From contig CAWBWI010000003.1 of assembly GCA_963792585.1 (NCBI GenBank), positions 544,001-608,000 on the forward strand: DNA of 64,000 nucleotides, read 5' to 3'. A program made the translations under genes and the position numbers. The notes beneath the pieces are model-generated. The model searched no databases. It had not been told where the DNA came from and saw only the letters and a list, made by a program, of their open reading frames with translations. This stretch comes from Candidatus Eiseniibacteriota bacterium (GTDB lineage: Bacteria; Eisenbacteria; RBG-16-71-46; CAIMUX01; VGJL01). Of the stretch, positions 62,270-64,000 are shown piece after piece. The first letter of the stretch is position 1, and each line of letters starts with the position of its first letter.

Positions 62270-62520
62270 TCAGGCAATCTTCGATTCTTCCACCCGGAGC
62301 GATGGAGCCGCGATCGTTTCTGGATTCTGGGTGGCGTATCCGAGAGCGCCTGCGTCCGCTGCCAAAGTAGGCTCGTGCGCGGCCTCCGGCCCGTCGAACG
62401 GCAAGTCGAAGATCAGTCGAGCCCCACCCTCCGGGCGGTTCTCGGCCCAGACCCGGCCCGCGTGGGCCTCGATGATCTCGCGGCAAATGGCGAGCCCGAG
62501 ACCGGTTCCCCCCGGACGAG
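62270..62520 (-). pseudogene. Histidine-kinase HATPase_c C-terminal fragment
   Basis: GGTGLGLAICREIIEAHAGRVWAENRPEGGARLIFDLP. Confidence 0.8.
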
Positions 62521-62627
62521 ATGGGCCGCGGCTGGCTGGTAAGGACGGGGTCCCAAACCCCTGGAAGCTGGCCTAATGCGCGGCACTTCATGTTTCGTTG
62601 ATGCCAGTTAGGCCCATGTGGCTTCAC

Positions 62628-63108
62628 CCCTGCGTTGCCATTTGTGTTTTGCGGCTCCGATCACCGAAACCACGTATCCTACCAAGGAGTTACCCGCGCG
62701 AACCGAAGAACTGGGCCGACCGTTTCCGCCAGCGGAGGATGGACCTTGGGCTCACACAGGCGGGACTGGCCGACCGCCTCGGCCGGACGACGCGGGCCGT
62801 GGCGGATTGGGAATCGGGGGCGACCAGGCCGCTCGCGTCGTCGTGGGGAGCGATCGCCCGGGTCCTCGGGTCCGATCTTCTGCCTGACTGAGCCGAGATC
62901 GGGTCCCGACTCCTGACCGCCCCCTGGCGCCTCGGGCGACCCAGAGGGAGTTGGCCGTGAGGGTCGGCCTGGATCCCCCGACGATACGGAACATGGAGCG
63001 GGGGCGGTATCGGTCGAGCCGGGCGACTCTGGCGAAGCTCGGGTCAGCTCTCCAGGACACTGAAGCGGTCAATCAATCGGTCGCGGAGTGGTCCGTGCAA
63101 CATGTGTG
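62628..63108 (+). pseudogene. Tandem XRE HTH gene, homolog of 32653-33277; 1-nt deletion and internal stop
   Basis: PALPF(C)..LRSPKP...RRMDLGLTQAGLA; second HTH TQRELAVRVGLD after TGA 62891. Confidence 0.75.
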
Positions 63109-63262
63109 ACCTACCCAGCAAGGCGACTAGGTCTCGGTATTGGTGAACCGAACAGGGCAGCGTTGATATCGGCCGAAGCCTTCCCACGCCGACTTCGCAG
63201 TCAAGAGGCGCTTGACAGGATGGACAGGTGCATGGCATATTCCTGACAGGAGGATGTCAGCA

Positions 63263-64000
63263 ATGCGGATCGTCCTTTACCAACCACCCACCGAAGCGAC
63301 TCGGGCTTACCTCGACGCAACGGGGCGAGAGCAGACTTGGCTACCTCATGGGCTGCTTTGCGTCGCTGGAGTCTTGGACGATCGTCTGTGGGAGATCTGC
63401 CTGATCGATGGGCGTCTTCAGCCTAATGGGGCATTGGACGATCTTCACATCCGCTTGCAGGGTGCCGACGTGTTGGCCTGCTCCGTCATGACAGGGCATG
63501 CGATCACCTGGGCACTGAGAGCTTCTGGCCTAGCCAAGGAGTCCGGCATCTCGACCATCTGGGGAGGACCACACCCCACACTCTTCCCGATCCAGACTCT
63601 AAGCCACCCGCTCGTGGATTACATAGTCGGGTCGGGACGAGGAGAAGAGACGTTCGGTCAATGGGCCCGTGCTTTCGCTTCGGGCGAGGCAGTCGAAGGC
63701 ATCCCAGGTCTCGGGTACAAGCATGACAGCACCCCTATCCTAACACCTAGGCCAAACACCCCTTCACGGCCGCGAGACGACTTCCCCCCGCCTCGGCTCG
63801 ATCTCCTGGCCGACTTCAGTCCTTACCTAATGGACGACCCCGCCATTAGCCCAATGGTCACGAATCACGTAACATCCCTAGGGTGTCCATATGCCTGCAC
63901 GTTCTGCTCTGAGCCAACACTGTCAGGACGCAATTGGTTCGCGTGGTCGGCTACTAGATCATTCCAGGAGGTTCAGCGGCTCGTAGCCGCCAGTGGAGCG
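63263..64000 (+). CDS. Cobalamin-binding radical SAM enzyme, partial
   Basis: WGGPHPT, GRGEET and TSLGCPYACTFC (CxxxCxxC); AGGAGG RBS; open to the window end. Confidence 0.9.
   Translation, partial: MRIVLYQPPTEATRAYLDATGREQTWLPHGLLCVAGVLDDRLWEICLIDGRLQPNGALDDLHIRLQGADVLACSVMTGHAITWALRASGLAKESGISTIWGGPHPTLFPIQTLSHPLVDYIVGSGRGEETFGQWARAFASGEAVEGIPGLGYKHDSTPILTPRPNTPSRPRDDFPPPRLDLLADFSPYLMDDPAISPMVTNHVTSLGCPYACTFCSEPTLSGRNWFAWSATRSFQEVQRLVAASGA

Overview
GC-rich bacterial window with many single-base frameshifts, mostly in homopolymer or GC runs, which probably reflect uncorrected long-read error. Secreted proteins with FlgD-Ig/T9SS-like C-termini hint at an FCB-associated lineage such as Ca. 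Eisenbacteria or Krumholzibacteria (inference only). Bases 1-17 kb hold envelope and signalling genes: two divergent Ser/Thr kinases, a lipoprotein Zn-metalloprotease on a stalk of 20 six-Cys repeats, porins, ferritin and a FlgD-Ig protein. From about 17 kb onward the window is a layered integration hotspot. It has three co-oriented 3' fragments of comM, two cut at the same CPCG codon, and tRNA 3'-end att remnants. It also has a truncated group II intron, an IS481, IS remnants, two TA pairs, a Gabija-like OLD+UvrD pair, a papain-like peptidase, a LexA-led TPR-GreAB-PIN operon and a HEPN gene. The most unusual part is 52.6-58.1 kb: a large serine recombinase whose 3' end mimics a tRNA 3' end and whose tail recurs 6.3 kb away. 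It is flanked by two paralogous small genes and followed by an XRE gene, two paralogous winged-helix genes and two paralogous RuvC genes with a structured spacer between them. Two further motifs each occur twice: XRE genes whose conserved frame starts at an att junction, and a 3-TM membrane gene coupled to a Pro-rich peptide gene. No CRISPR array, rRNA or complete tRNA was seen. All family assignments come from motif recognition by eye, not database searches.
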